Shown here in pieces: positions 17,261 to 26,629 of a stretch of DNA of 64,000 nt. The notes under the pieces are model-generated. The model had not been told where the DNA came from and ran no database searches. It worked only from the letters and a program-made list of their open reading frames with translations. The stretch lies in NCBI GenBank assembly GCA_963749155.1, contig CAVVLO010000002.1, positions 800,001-864,000 on the forward strand, written 5' to 3'. The stretch comes from an uncultured Armatimonadia bacterium (GTDB taxonomy: Bacteria > Armatimonadota > Zipacnadia > CAVVLO01). How positions within the stretch are numbered: the stretch's first letter is position 1; each line of letters starts with the position of its first letter. Both the position numbers and the translations under genes were made by a program.

Positions 17261-19607
17261 ATGGCTGACAATCCTTCCTCCCGAAAATTTAGTGAAAAAA
17301 TCGGACTGGCGCTTGGCGCGCAGGGCAAAGCAATTTGGGAGCCCTTACGTCCAGTGCTTGCAAATTACTGCCTGGCCCGGACCTCGGCCGAAGTTTTTTT
17401 CGAGGACGAGCTCGAACTGGAAACTGACCGTATCTTCTGTTGCGTACCTGAGGAATATAAGGTTCTGCGCGCCGAGTCGCCTGTAAGCTCACTGCCCGAG
17501 CCGCCGGCTCCAGGTGAGTATCTCCTCTGGGCTGATAATTTGCCCGAAGGCTTTATGGGACTCCTGTGCGCAAGCGAAGTGGTCGGCGCCCGCACCGCCC
17601 TGGCCCGGTTTGCCGATTCGCTCATATTCCCAGGCAGTCTGACCCAGCACTATATCCGGGTTCCCGACCAGGAAGTCCGCGGCCTTTCGCGCCCGCTTGT
17701 TTTTATTGTTGACTGGCTCGACACTCATGAAGCTTTCACGGGCTGGACGAAGGAAGACTGGCGGCTTTTCCTTTATACGAAGCTGCAGGAAGGCGCGGAT
17801 GAGCTTATCCTCAAACCTTTCAATCTTTCTGAATGGGACACTGGCGCCCCGCTACTCGGACTCGAGCCGACTTCAACCAGTGAGCGCGTCCAGTGGAAGT
17901 CTCACGCGCAAAAACTTGATGACCTGTTCGAACTTGCTGGCGAACTTGCCCTGCCACTTGGCTTCCGCATTGACCCGCAACTTGCCTTCCCACTTGCCCT
18001 GCCGCCTTCGATGGCCCGCTCTCGGGCCGATGTCGCTTGCCTTGCGAATCCCGCGGAGCACAAAGCGGCTCTTGCCTCCTGGCAAGCCAGTCTGGTGAAG
18101 TGGGCTTCACTCTCTACGCTGCTTTTCGCGCCAGGGCTTGAACCTCATTGCCAGTGTCGAGACTGCGCCAGCAACTGGATACGGCTTGGACTGGAGCTTG
18201 CAAGCGAACTCATCGAAGCCTTTGGTGGTCTGCCAGGTGTTAGCCTGGCGCTTACCGTGGAAGGACTTGGCTGGGAGGAGCAAAACTACGTCTACAAGCT
18301 GATTATCGAGGGCCGGCTGGCCTGGTGCAAGCGCCTGCTAGTTCCCTACACCTGGGCAATGCCCCAGGATTTGCTGGAGCAGCTTGCCGAGAAAGTCGAA
18401 GTCATCACTTCGGTGGATACTACCGATCCGACCGGTCACCAGCTCGCAGCGCCGCCCTTGCTTGGAGAATACCTGGCTTCGATGCCGCCCAGCACCAGCG
18501 TGCCACGCCCGGAGGCCTGCGCCAGGCTGGAGGAGCATGTCAAACTGACAGGTCGCGTCGCACTGCGCTCCAGCCGGGTGGGCGAGCAGTTCAATCAATT
18601 TGCTCTCGGGCGGGCGCTCAAATGGGCTGAGCTTTCAACCAACGAGCTTGCCTCCTCCTTCTGCAATCTGCACCTGACCAAGTTCGACACGAACAGCTTC
18701 CGCGACAAAGTGATTGACGTCGAACGTGTTGCGGTTGGGCTTGTTCCTCCCAGCGGCCTGCACGAATCCGAAGCGGATTCGCTGAAGACTGACTTGCTGA
18801 AGACCTCCAGCGCCTATGAAGTTGTCAGTTGGCAGGGCTCCCTGCTGTTGTGGACGGTAGCGGGAGCCTTGAAAACCTCGGCAGGCCTTCACGAAATGCG
18901 GGAAGAACTTGCCACTCTGGCTCACACGCTTGCGACTGCCACTCTGCCCGAACAGGGCAGGACGCTGGATTCTGCTTATGATGAACTGCACAAACTGGCC
19001 CGCCGGAAATCCTTGCTTGGCTCGGAGCGGCTTAAGTCCTTGCTGCCTTTTGGCAGTATCAAGAAACTTAGTTTCGACCTTTTCGCGACCGAGCTTAACC
19101 GTGATTCGCTGGGCCTTGAGCAACTGGCAGAGGAAGCGCGCGCAATTGAATCAAAAGCCGGTAGCGCCGAGGCGATTACTCTACTTGTCAGCAGGTTGCG
19201 AGTTTATACCGGGATTGGCCCAGGAATTGTGCCCGGTGGGCTTGTAGGGGTCGCATCGGTTGAGGGAGGCACGCCCCTGCTGCTGCCCACACCAGGGGTA
19301 CCGGTCGCTGCGCCACTCTTCAACTGCACCGCAAGCGCCTGGGGCCAGCCAGTCCGGTGCCGGCTGACAAGTAACCAAAGGCCGCGCCTCCCACCTCGAA
19401 ATCGCCTTGCCCTGGGATGCCCGACAGCCTGCTCTGAAGCTCTCCGCCGATGGCGCGTTGCTTGCCGAGGTTCGCCTGGCGCCTGACAGGCCCATCTGGC
19501 GCCAGTTTGAAGTGACGCCTCAGTCCAGCGAACTGCTGATTGAGTTTGCCCCTGTTGAGGCAGTCTATTGCCCGTGTTTTTGTTCCATATCGCTGATCTC
19601 CAACTAA
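17261..19607 (+). CDS. Hypothetical protein, possibly a divergent glycoside-hydrolase-like fold (frameshift near 19385)
   Basis: Long ORF 17261..19486 with a plausible continuation in 19407..19607; PHCQCRDC motif; no confident family. Confidence 0.6.
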
Positions 19608-19613
19608 CCAAAT

Positions 19614-20720
19614 ATGCCTGAGCAACTGTCACTATTTGATGAAGAGGAACCTCTGGGCTGGCCAGAATATCTCGGCCATCTGAAGCCCCTGCCTTTGCGC
19701 GGGCGTTCTCACTTGACACCAGAGCGACTTGCGGACAAGCTGGCTGGCTTGCTGCTAGGCTTTTGGCTGGGCTCTACCCTCGCCGAACCGGCCGTCGGGC
19801 TTTCCGCGCGCGAAGTGCGCAGGCGCTGGGGCGGGCCTGTGAGTGGCGAGCCCTCTGGGGAGAAAGCTCCCGCCGCGCTTGAGGCGTTGCTGGCCTGCTT
19901 CCTGGCCGGCTCGCGTTTCGGAACTGAACTGACCCTTGCTGAACTCGGAGTTGTCTGGCAGGAAGAATTGCCGGAGGATTTTCCCTGGAAGGCCGTGAAG
20001 CAACTGCGCGAAGGCCTGGCGCCCCCTGCCTCTGGCATTGGCACTGAAGCCGAGGGAGAACACGCACTTTCGGTACCTGTCGGCCTTTTTGCTGGCGCGC
20101 TCTTCCCAGGCCACCCTCAGGACGCTACTCAGACAGGACTGGAACTGGCCGGCCTGGTCGGCGCGGGCGCCTCTCGGCACCTGGCTGCCTGGCTGGCCGC
20201 AATGACTTCAATAGCCTTTGTCGAGTCTCATTATCGCTGGACCTTCGAGCTGGCTCTCTCCTGGGTGCCGGCGCCCATACGCCTGGGCAAGCTCTTGCGT
20301 CATTCGATGCGGCTGCACGATTCAGCCTACGCCCCAAGACAATCTTATGATGCGCTGGGAGAACTCTTCCGCCTGCCACCGGACCATAAAGGCCACGCCA
20401 AACCACCCTTTGAACACCAAAGCTGGCGTTCTGCCCTGGTCAATGCGGGAGTCATCAGCCTGGCACTGCTTTATGGAGAGGGCGAACTGGGCAAGTCGCT
20501 TGCCACGGCGACCGAAGGCGGGTGGGAAGCCTCTCTCAATACCGGAGCCACTGGCGCCTTGCTCGGGACCAGCCTGGGCGCGAAGAAACTACTCAAGGAT
20601 CTGCTGGGAGTCGCCTCGACAGGCCTGCCCACAGGGCTTGCGAGTGCCCCGGTGCTCAACCTCGAACTGGTCACGACTCTCTCGCGCGCAGTAGCCGACC
20701 GCTGTCTGCCCCCCAAATAG
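19614..20720 (+). CDS. ADP-ribosylglycohydrolase-fold protein, degenerate
   Basis: LADKLAGLLLGFWLGSTLAEP at the N-terminus and LALLYGEGELGKSL...GGWEASLNTGATGALLG at the C-terminus match the family pattern. The acidic metal-binding motifs are absent. Confidence 0.7.
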   Translation: MPEQLSLFDEEEPLGWPEYLGHLKPLPLRGRSHLTPERLADKLAGLLLGFWLGSTLAEPAVGLSAREVRRRWGGPVSGEPSGEKAPAALEALLACFLAGSRFGTELTLAELGVVWQEELPEDFPWKAVKQLREGLAPPASGIGTEAEGEHALSVPVGLFAGALFPGHPQDATQTGLELAGLVGAGASRHLAAWLAAMTSIAFVESHYRWTFELALSWVPAPIRLGKLLRHSMRLHDSAYAPRQSYDALGELFRLPPDHKGHAKPPFEHQSWRSALVNAGVISLALLYGEGELGKSLATATEGGWEASLNTGATGALLGTSLGAKKLLKDLLGVASTGLPTGLASAPVLNLELVTTLSRAVADRCLPPK

Positions 20721-20746
20721 AAAGGACGCGCCCGAAGGCGCGCCCT
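20714..20746 (-). terminator. Intrinsic terminator of hisS-aspS (possibly bidirectional)
   Basis: Minus strand AGGGCGCGCC-TTCG-GGCGCGTCCT followed by TTCTATTT, between convergent genes. Confidence 0.75.
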
Positions 20747-20775
20747 CAATTTGTTCTATTCGCCGGTACCCGTTA

Positions 20776-22562
20776 CTAGTCTTCAGGTGGCAGTACGATT
20801 TCGATTGCCAGGTCGTCAAGCAGCTGCTGTTCGACCTCGGAAGGCGCCCCGGTAAGCGGGCAGGTGCCCTTCTGCGTCTTCGGGAAGGCAATAACCTCGC
20901 GGATGGATTCCTCGCCCAGCATCAGTGCGACTATCCGGTCGATGCCGGGAGCGATTCCTCCATGCGGCGGCGCGCCGTGTTCGAAGGCCGAAAGCAGGAA
21001 GCCGAACCGATAATCTGCCTCTTCCTTCGTCAGTCCGATGATCTCGAAGACCTGCTCCTGCAGCTCCCGGCTGTGGATACGCAAACTGCCCGAGGCCAGC
21101 TCCACCCCGTTAAAAACCATATCGTAGAGGCTGCCTTTCACCTGAAGCGGGTCGGTTGCCAGCAGGGGGAGGTCGTCCTTCTGCGGCATCGAGAAGGGAT
21201 GATGCATCGCATCCAGTTTCTGCTCTTCCTCTTTCCACTCAAAGAGGGGGAAATCCACCACGAACAGCGGCGCGTAGACGCCTTCAGGGATAAGCCCCTT
21301 GCGCCGGGCCAGTTGCAGCCTCAGGCGGCCGAGGACGTCAGCCACGAGGGCAGGCTTGTCCGCGACGAAGAACAACACATCGCCAGTCTGTCCTTCCAGC
21401 CTCTGGATGAAAGCGTTCAACTGGTCTTCAGTGAAGAATTTGGCAATCGGCGATTTGATGCCCTCGGCGCCCAGTACGATATAGGCCAGGCCCTTCGCCC
21501 CAAGCTGCTGCGCGTCCCGGGTCAGGTCGTCCAGTTCCTTGCGCGACAGGTCGGCGCAGCCAATACCCCGGATGCCCTTCACCTGCCCCCCGACTCGATG
21601 GTCGCGCGGAACACCGTGAACTCGCTGCCCGCCGCCAGGTCCGAGACGTCGGTTAGTTCCATCCCAAACCTGGTGTCAGGCTTGTCCGAGCCGAACCGCT
21701 CCATCGCCTCGGCATAGGTCATCCGCGGGAAGGGGAAGGGCAACTCGACGTCGATGGTCTGCTTGAAGGCGAAACACATCATCCCCTCGGCCAGCTTCAG
21801 CACGTCTTCCTGGTCGCAGAAGGCCATCTCGATATCTATCTGGGTATGCTCCGGCTGCCTGTCGGCGCGCAGATCCTCGTCCCGGCAGCACCGCGCGATC
21901 TGATAATACTTGTCGATGCCGCTCGCCATCAGCGTCTGCTTCATAAGCTGGGGCGACTGGGGCAGCGCGTAGAACTTGCCCAGGTTGGTCCGCGAGGGCA
22001 CGAGGTAGTCGCGCGCGCCTTCAGGGGTGCGCTTCAGCAAAAGGGGTGTCTCGACCTCGCAGAAGCCTTGCCCGTTGAGGTATTCGCGCACCGAGGAGAT
22101 AAACTTGTGCCGCGTGCGCAGGTTGCGCTGCATCCTCGGCCGGCGCAGGTCGATATAGCGATACCGCAAGCGGATATTCTCATCCACCTCGGCTTCATCT
22201 TCGACCGGGAAGGGCGGCGTCTTGGCGGTATTCAGTATCTCCATCTCGCTTGCGCGCAGTTCGATCTCGCCGGTCGGCAGCTTGGGATTGACCGCCTCGG
22301 GCGCCCTGGGCGCCAGTATCCCTTTTACCGCCAGCACGAACTCCGACCGCACGCGGTTCGCCAGCTCGAACAGGTCGGCGGTCTCCTCCTGGCTGAAAAC
22401 GACCTGCACCAGTCCGGTGTGGTCGCGCAAGTCGACGAACAGCAGCCCCCCGTGGTCTCTGACGCTATGCGCCCAGCCCATCAGGACGACTTCCTGCCCG
22501 ATGTTTTCCTTCCTGAGAACGCCGCAATGGTGAGTGCGGTTGCCAGTAGTGAACCTGCTCAT
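20776..22562 (-). CDS. aspS: Aspartate--tRNA ligase (frameshift in a G6 run at 21586-21591)
   Basis: [57 protein letters not shown], split across ORFs 21579..22562 and 20776..21582. Confidence 0.97.
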
Positions 22563-22563
22563 A

Positions 22564-23838
22564 TTACTTCTCCTTCCTGATACGGTCGGTTAGTTCGGAG
22601 GCCAGCTCGGAGCGCGTCACTTCAGCCTGCTCTCCGGTGGCGAGTTCCTTCAAAGTTACTACCCCGCGCGCCAGTTCATCCTCGCCGATTATAACGGCAT
22701 AACTTGCCCCGGCGTCGGCGGCCAGTTTGAGCTGTTTCTTCGGGCTGCGCGCCACCAGGTCGCTCTCGACGGCCAGCCCAGCTTTGCGCAGATCGCCCAT
22801 CAAGGCGGAGGCCGCCTGCACAGCCGCCTCGCCAAAACAGACGAGGTATACGTCAGGCTGAAGCTTCAACTCGGGCGCTTTACCTAGCGCCTCGAGTGCG
22901 AGCAAGGTGCGTTCTATCCCCAGCGCGAAGCCTACCGCAGGGGTCGCCGGCCCGCCGCACTGTTCCACAAGCCCATCGTAGCGCCCGCCGCCTGCGACCT
23001 GGTTCTGCGCGCCCAGATCCTTGCACCTGACCTCAAAAGCGGTCTTGGTGTAATAATCCAGCCCTCGCACCAGCCGCGGATTGATCTCATACTCCACTCC
23101 CAGCGAGTCCAGTCCCTGCTTCACGGCCTCGAAATGGGCCGCGCACTCCTCGCAGAGATGGTCCAAAGCCACGGGAGCGTCCTCTGCGGCGACCTGGCAT
23201 CCCGTTGATTTGCAGTCCAGGATGCGCAGAGGGTTCTTCTCGAACCGCTCGAGGCAAGTCTCGCAGAGCGCCTCGCGCCTCGCATCGAAATAACTGACCA
23301 GCGCTTCCCTGTAAGCCGGCCTGCAAGCCGGGCAACCGATGGAATTCACCACCAGCACCAGGTTCGTCAGCCCGAGGCCCTGGAAAAAGTCCACCGCCAG
23401 CGCGATGACCTCGATATCGGCGTTCGGCCCGGCCGCGCCCAGCAACTCGACGCCCGCCTGATGTGCCTCGCGCAGTCGCCCCGCCTGAGGTCGCTCGTAG
23501 CGGAAGATGGACGTGAAGTAGAACAGTTTCCACACATGCGCCTGACCGAAAAGTTTGTTCTCGACATAGGCGCGCACGACCGGCGCGGTCCCTTCGGGCC
23601 TCAGCGTGAAGCTGCGCCCGCCGCGATCCTCGAAGGTATACATCTCTTTGCCCACGATATCGGTCGTCTCGCCGACGCTGCGTTTGAACAGTTCGGTCTG
23701 CTCGAAAGTGGGCGTGCGTATCTCGCCAAAGTTGAAGCGCCGCGCCACCGAGCGGAACTGCTCCTCCAGCCAGTGCCACTGGGCGGCTACCTCGGGTAGC
23801 AGGTCTTCGGTTCCACGGGGTCGGTTGTAGCTGGCCAT
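22564..23838 (-). CDS. hisS: Histidine--tRNA ligase
   Basis: [41 protein letters not shown]. Confidence 0.98.
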   Translation of the reverse strand: MASYNRPRGTEDLLPEVAAQWHWLEEQFRSVARRFNFGEIRTPTFEQTELFKRSVGETTDIVGKEMYTFEDRGGRSFTLRPEGTAPVVRAYVENKLFGQAHVWKLFYFTSIFRYERPQAGRLREAHQAGVELLGAAGPNADIEVIALAVDFFQGLGLTNLVLVVNSIGCPACRPAYREALVSYFDARREALCETCLERFEKNPLRILDCKSTGCQVAAEDAPVALDHLCEECAAHFEAVKQGLDSLGVEYEINPRLVRGLDYYTKTAFEVRCKDLGAQNQVAGGGRYDGLVEQCGGPATPAVGFALGIERTLLALEALGKAPELKLQPDVYLVCFGEAAVQAASALMGDLRKAGLAVESDLVARSPKKQLKLAADAGASYAVIIGEDELARGVVTLKELATGEQAEVTRSELASELTDRIRKEK

Positions 23839-23854
23839 AACACCACCCGGCGCC

Positions 23855-23884
23855 TTGACGCCGTCTTGGGGAGTCTCTTATAAT
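23855..23884 (+). promoter_or_regulatory. Sigma70-type promoter for tRNA-Ala
   Basis: TTGACG-18 nt-TATAAT, about 65 nt upstream of the tRNA. Confidence 0.7.
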
Positions 23885-23911
23885 CTGCGCGTTGAAGCCG
23901 ATTGAGCCTGC

Positions 23912-23941
23912 ATTATAAAGACAGGCGCCAGTCGGGGTCAA
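23912..23941 (-). promoter_or_regulatory. Sigma70-type promoter for hisS-aspS
   Basis: Minus strand TTGACC-18 nt-TATAAT, about 75 nt upstream of the hisS ATG. Confidence 0.7.
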
Positions 23942-23948
23942 CGAGTGT

Positions 23949-24024
23949 GGGGGTGTAGCTCAGTTGGGAGAGCATCTCGCTTGCACCGAGAAGGTCGTCG
24001 GTTCGATCCCGATCGCCTCCACCA
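23949..24024 (+). tRNA. tRNA-Ala (anticodon UGC)
   Basis: 76 nt. Acceptor stem GGGGGTG/CGCCTCC with G3:U70, D-arm AGCTCAGTTGGGAGAGC, anticodon arm TCTCG-CTTGCAC-CGAGA, GTTCGAT T-loop, encoded CCA. Confidence 0.98.
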
Positions 24025-24066
24025 CCTTCCAGCACCACTTATTCTGACCCGTATCCCTTTCTCCAG

Positions 24067-24513
24067 CCGCCAAAGCAAGCCCCGACCTCACGACGACGGC
24101 CGGGGCGAGAAATAAGGTGTTTCTTGTTTAGCTTCGCGACTTTCGTCGGCGGAACAGGAGCGCCAGTAGTCCAACCACAAGCAGTCCCGCCAGGCAAATA
24201 TAGATTAGGTCAGGCCTCTGCGCCCAGGCACCTACGGCAAGGGCTGCCCCAGACGCTGGGCCGGCAGATCCAGCCAGGTTGCTGCTGCTCACTATAGTGC
24301 CCGACTGAGCATCAACCCAGACCTCTGCAGGCCAGTACACTGTGTCATCCAACGTCTCATCGACAGGAAAGCTTAGACACCAGGCCAACACTCCATCCTC
24401 AGTGACTTGTAGTTCTGAGGCCGTGGGTTGCAAGCCTTCCAGGGCACTGAAGGCCGAGATGGCTGCGGTAGTTGCTTGCTCCGCGGTAACTGCGGGTGGC
24501 TGTGATGCGCTTT
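24067..24513. repeat. Copy 1 of a ~450-bp imperfect direct repeat (3' end of PepSY-like gene plus downstream hairpin)
   Basis: Aligns by eye with 33134..33583, including the exact 30-mer CGCTGGGCCGGCAGATCCAGCCAGGTTGCT and the exact 24-mer TCTTGTTTAGCTTCGCGACTTTCG. Confidence 0.9.
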
Positions 24514-25060
24514 GGGCGGCCTCCCCGGCATAGAAGCGATAGGCGGTCACGCGGCCCGTGCTGGGAGATACCCAGATCTGGCAACCGCCCAGGAGCGTCT
24601 TCACCCCGTTGGGCAGCAGTCGCCAGTATGAGACGCGATGGTCGCCGATCTCAGAGTCCTCCTCTGACTCGACGGTCCACGACTGGGTGCTGTATCCATA
24701 ATGGTGGGCAGCCGCGTATTGGTCGGCTACGGTTTGCGCCTCCTCCAGCGAGCAGGCGCTGCCGGGCCGGTCATCGTAGTAGCATGCGAGCCTGACAACC
24801 ACTGAGCCTGCCTGTGTCAGTTTGTATACAGCAGTCACTTCGTTGGGGAGGACGGCACCAGCGCCCCTGGTTGCCCTAGTCGCGCCAGCCAAGCCATACT
24901 CGAGCTGGCTCTCTGGCCCTGACAACACGACCTCCAGCGAAGGACTGCTCTCGAAGTCGCGGACAGCTTCGATGGCCTCGGAGTCAGTAATCGCATGGGC
25001 TGCACACGCGCATGCAGCCATCAGACAGACAAAGCACACCAACCTAGTGCGCCAACTCAT
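24128..25060 (-). CDS. Secreted, C-terminally membrane-anchored protein with PepSY-like repeats (paralog 1)
   Basis: Signal peptide ending AHA-ITDSEAIEAVRDFE; PepSY-like segments SLEEAQTVA..., VTAEQATTAA...VWVDAQSGTIV; C-terminal TM followed by RRRKSRS. Confidence 0.75.
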   Translation of the reverse strand: MSWRTRLVCFVCLMAACACAAHAITDSEAIEAVRDFESSPSLEVVLSGPESQLEYGLAGATRATRGAGAVLPNEVTAVYKLTQAGSVVVRLACYYDDRPGSACSLEEAQTVADQYAAAHHYGYSTQSWTVESEEDSEIGDHRVSYWRLLPNGVKTLLGGCQIWVSPSTGRVTAYRFYAGEAAQSASQPPAVTAEQATTAAISAFSALEGLQPTASELQVTEDGVLAWCLSFPVDETLDDTVYWPAEVWVDAQSGTIVSSSNLAGSAGPASGAALAVGAWAQRPDLIYICLAGLLVVGLLALLFRRRKSRS

Positions 25061-25300
25061 GTCGCGCCTCCTTCAGTACCAGGACTAAAGACCGGTTTCC
25101 CTGATGATGGAGATAGCACACGGGAGCCATCTCCTTCGCAGTGGAAGCGGGTTTCATGCCGCCCCATGAAGGTCAGGACTTGCCTGTGGATCGCACCGAG
25201 TTTCTTCGGACGGGTGGAGTTTGGTGCATATGCTCTCCGCAACTGCCGCGATAACAAGCGCAGGTATATAATTTCCTCACGCATTAACGCCTCACCTATA

Positions 25301-25329
25301 GCCCCGACCTCATGAGGACGGACCGGGGC
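25301..25329 (-). repeat. Repeated GC-rich hairpin (terminator/REP-like), also at 24079..24106 and 33147..33174
   Basis: Consensus GCCCCGACCTCA-N4-5-GACGG(A)CCGGGGCG; each copy lies just downstream of a minus-strand gene. Confidence 0.75.
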
Positions 25330-25351
25330 GAGAAGGGACTCGCCCACTCTG

Positions 25352-26470
25352 TCAGTGCTTGTTTATATCGAGCACGATGCTTACGGCTTTCGTCTTCGCA
25401 TCCACGACTTCCAACACCGTGTCCGTCACGACTAAAAAGCGCCCCTCGGTGCTCAGAGCCCCCGCAAAGTAGCAGTTGCCCTCCAATGCCTTGGGTGCAT
25501 CGGTCGCGCTAAGGGTCGAAAGCGTCTTGGCAGCGACATCATAGACCCACATCCTCGCGCCTGTGCCGAGAAGATAGCCGTTCTCGCTCGACCAGACCAT
25601 TTGGTCGGGCCTGCAGGGTGCCTCGAACTGCTCTGTCGTGCCGGTCTGCCAGTTGTAAGTCTGGATGGTCACCAAGCCATCCGGGTGTGCGAGCGACGCA
25701 CGCGCGATCAGACCTCTGGCTGAAGCAAGCGCGTAACGGGCCCCGAACGGTGCCGCCGGAAACACTTGGCAAGTGTCTCCAGTGCCGAGGACTGTAACCA
25801 TCAGACTCACGTCATCCGAGGTCTCTAGTAGTGTGTAGGCGGGCCACTTCACCCAGTAGACCAAGTCAGCGGCCATCTCTTTGGGGCTGGGCCAAACTCC
25901 GACCAGCCCAGCGCTCACCGTGTTCGGGGTGAGCTGTCTCAGGTCTCTGCGTGACGGTGACCATAGGCAGATGCGCTTCGGCGAGTGTTCGCCCAGAACG
26001 TAATCGCCCTCCCCAAGTGGCTCGATGGAGTCGGGCAGGTCCGTGGAGGGCATCTCGATGTGATCTAGCACCAGGTCACTCTGACGCAGCCAGGAGTAGC
26101 CAGCTTCGGACGACAGACCAGGCGCGCCGTATACCATTATCTCCTTCCCGTTGCTGTTCCATGGGCCAAATCTCAGCGTGTACCATGGCGCTACCCAGCC
26201 CCTAAGAGGCCTCCAAGTGGCGGTGCTGATAAAGAGAATCCCGTGCTTCATCCCCGTCTGGCCACGCGTCTCAACGAACCCGACGGCAACCGTGTTACCG
26301 TCAGACGAGACCGAGCAGCGCTCCAGGTGCATAACGGGCCGGGTGACCGCGAGCCCAACCCACTCACGCAGCTTGGGTTGCAGCGCCAGGAGGGCAAGCG
26401 CCACTACAAGGAGCAGGATGATTGTGTATGACCTGCGTTTCCCTATGCCCGTAGCGGGAGAGCCTTGCAT
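25352..26470 (-). CDS. Membrane-anchored hypothetical protein, probable beta-propeller
   Basis: N-terminal TM, then repeated S.DG/WS..G-type blade motifs (SVSSDGNTVAV, WNSNGKEI, WSSENGYLL). Confidence 0.6.
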   Translation of the reverse strand: MQGSPATGIGKRRSYTIILLLVVALALLALQPKLREWVGLAVTRPVMHLERCSVSSDGNTVAVGFVETRGQTGMKHGILFISTATWRPLRGWVAPWYTLRFGPWNSNGKEIMVYGAPGLSSEAGYSWLRQSDLVLDHIEMPSTDLPDSIEPLGEGDYVLGEHSPKRICLWSPSRRDLRQLTPNTVSAGLVGVWPSPKEMAADLVYWVKWPAYTLLETSDDVSLMVTVLGTGDTCQVFPAAPFGARYALASARGLIARASLAHPDGLVTIQTYNWQTGTTEQFEAPCRPDQMVWSSENGYLLGTGARMWVYDVAAKTLSTLSATDAPKALEGNCYFAGALSTEGRFLVVTDTVLEVVDAKTKAVSIVLDINKH

Positions 26471-26510
26471 TGCAACTTACCTTCCCTTAAGCGTGCCCCG
26501 GACTTAGTCA

Positions 26511-26537
26511 ATTATACATCCAACTAGCTCTACCCCC
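26511..26537 (-). promoter_or_regulatory. Shared promoter motif, second copy at 38991..39018
   Basis: Minus strand GGGGGTAGAGCTAGTTGGATGTATAAT versus GGGGGTAGAGACTAATTGGGTGTATAAT; both about 40-45 nt upstream of a start codon. Confidence 0.65.
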
Positions 26538-26629
26538 AGCTCCAATCCAGCGAGCTGACGCCAGCAGGTAAACCTTGCTCTGTGGTGTATCTTCTCCTTG
26601 CTTGCTTATCGCCCTCCGGAGGTCGACAG

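Noticed and set aside
21579..21592. Programmed frameshift or true split of aspS
   Set aside because: A one-base loss in a homopolymer, in a window full of similar indels, is better explained by sequencing error.
25057..25347. 96-aa ORF between the propeller and PepSY-like genes
   Set aside because: No RBS or recognisable motif, and it runs through the repeated hairpin; probably intergenic.
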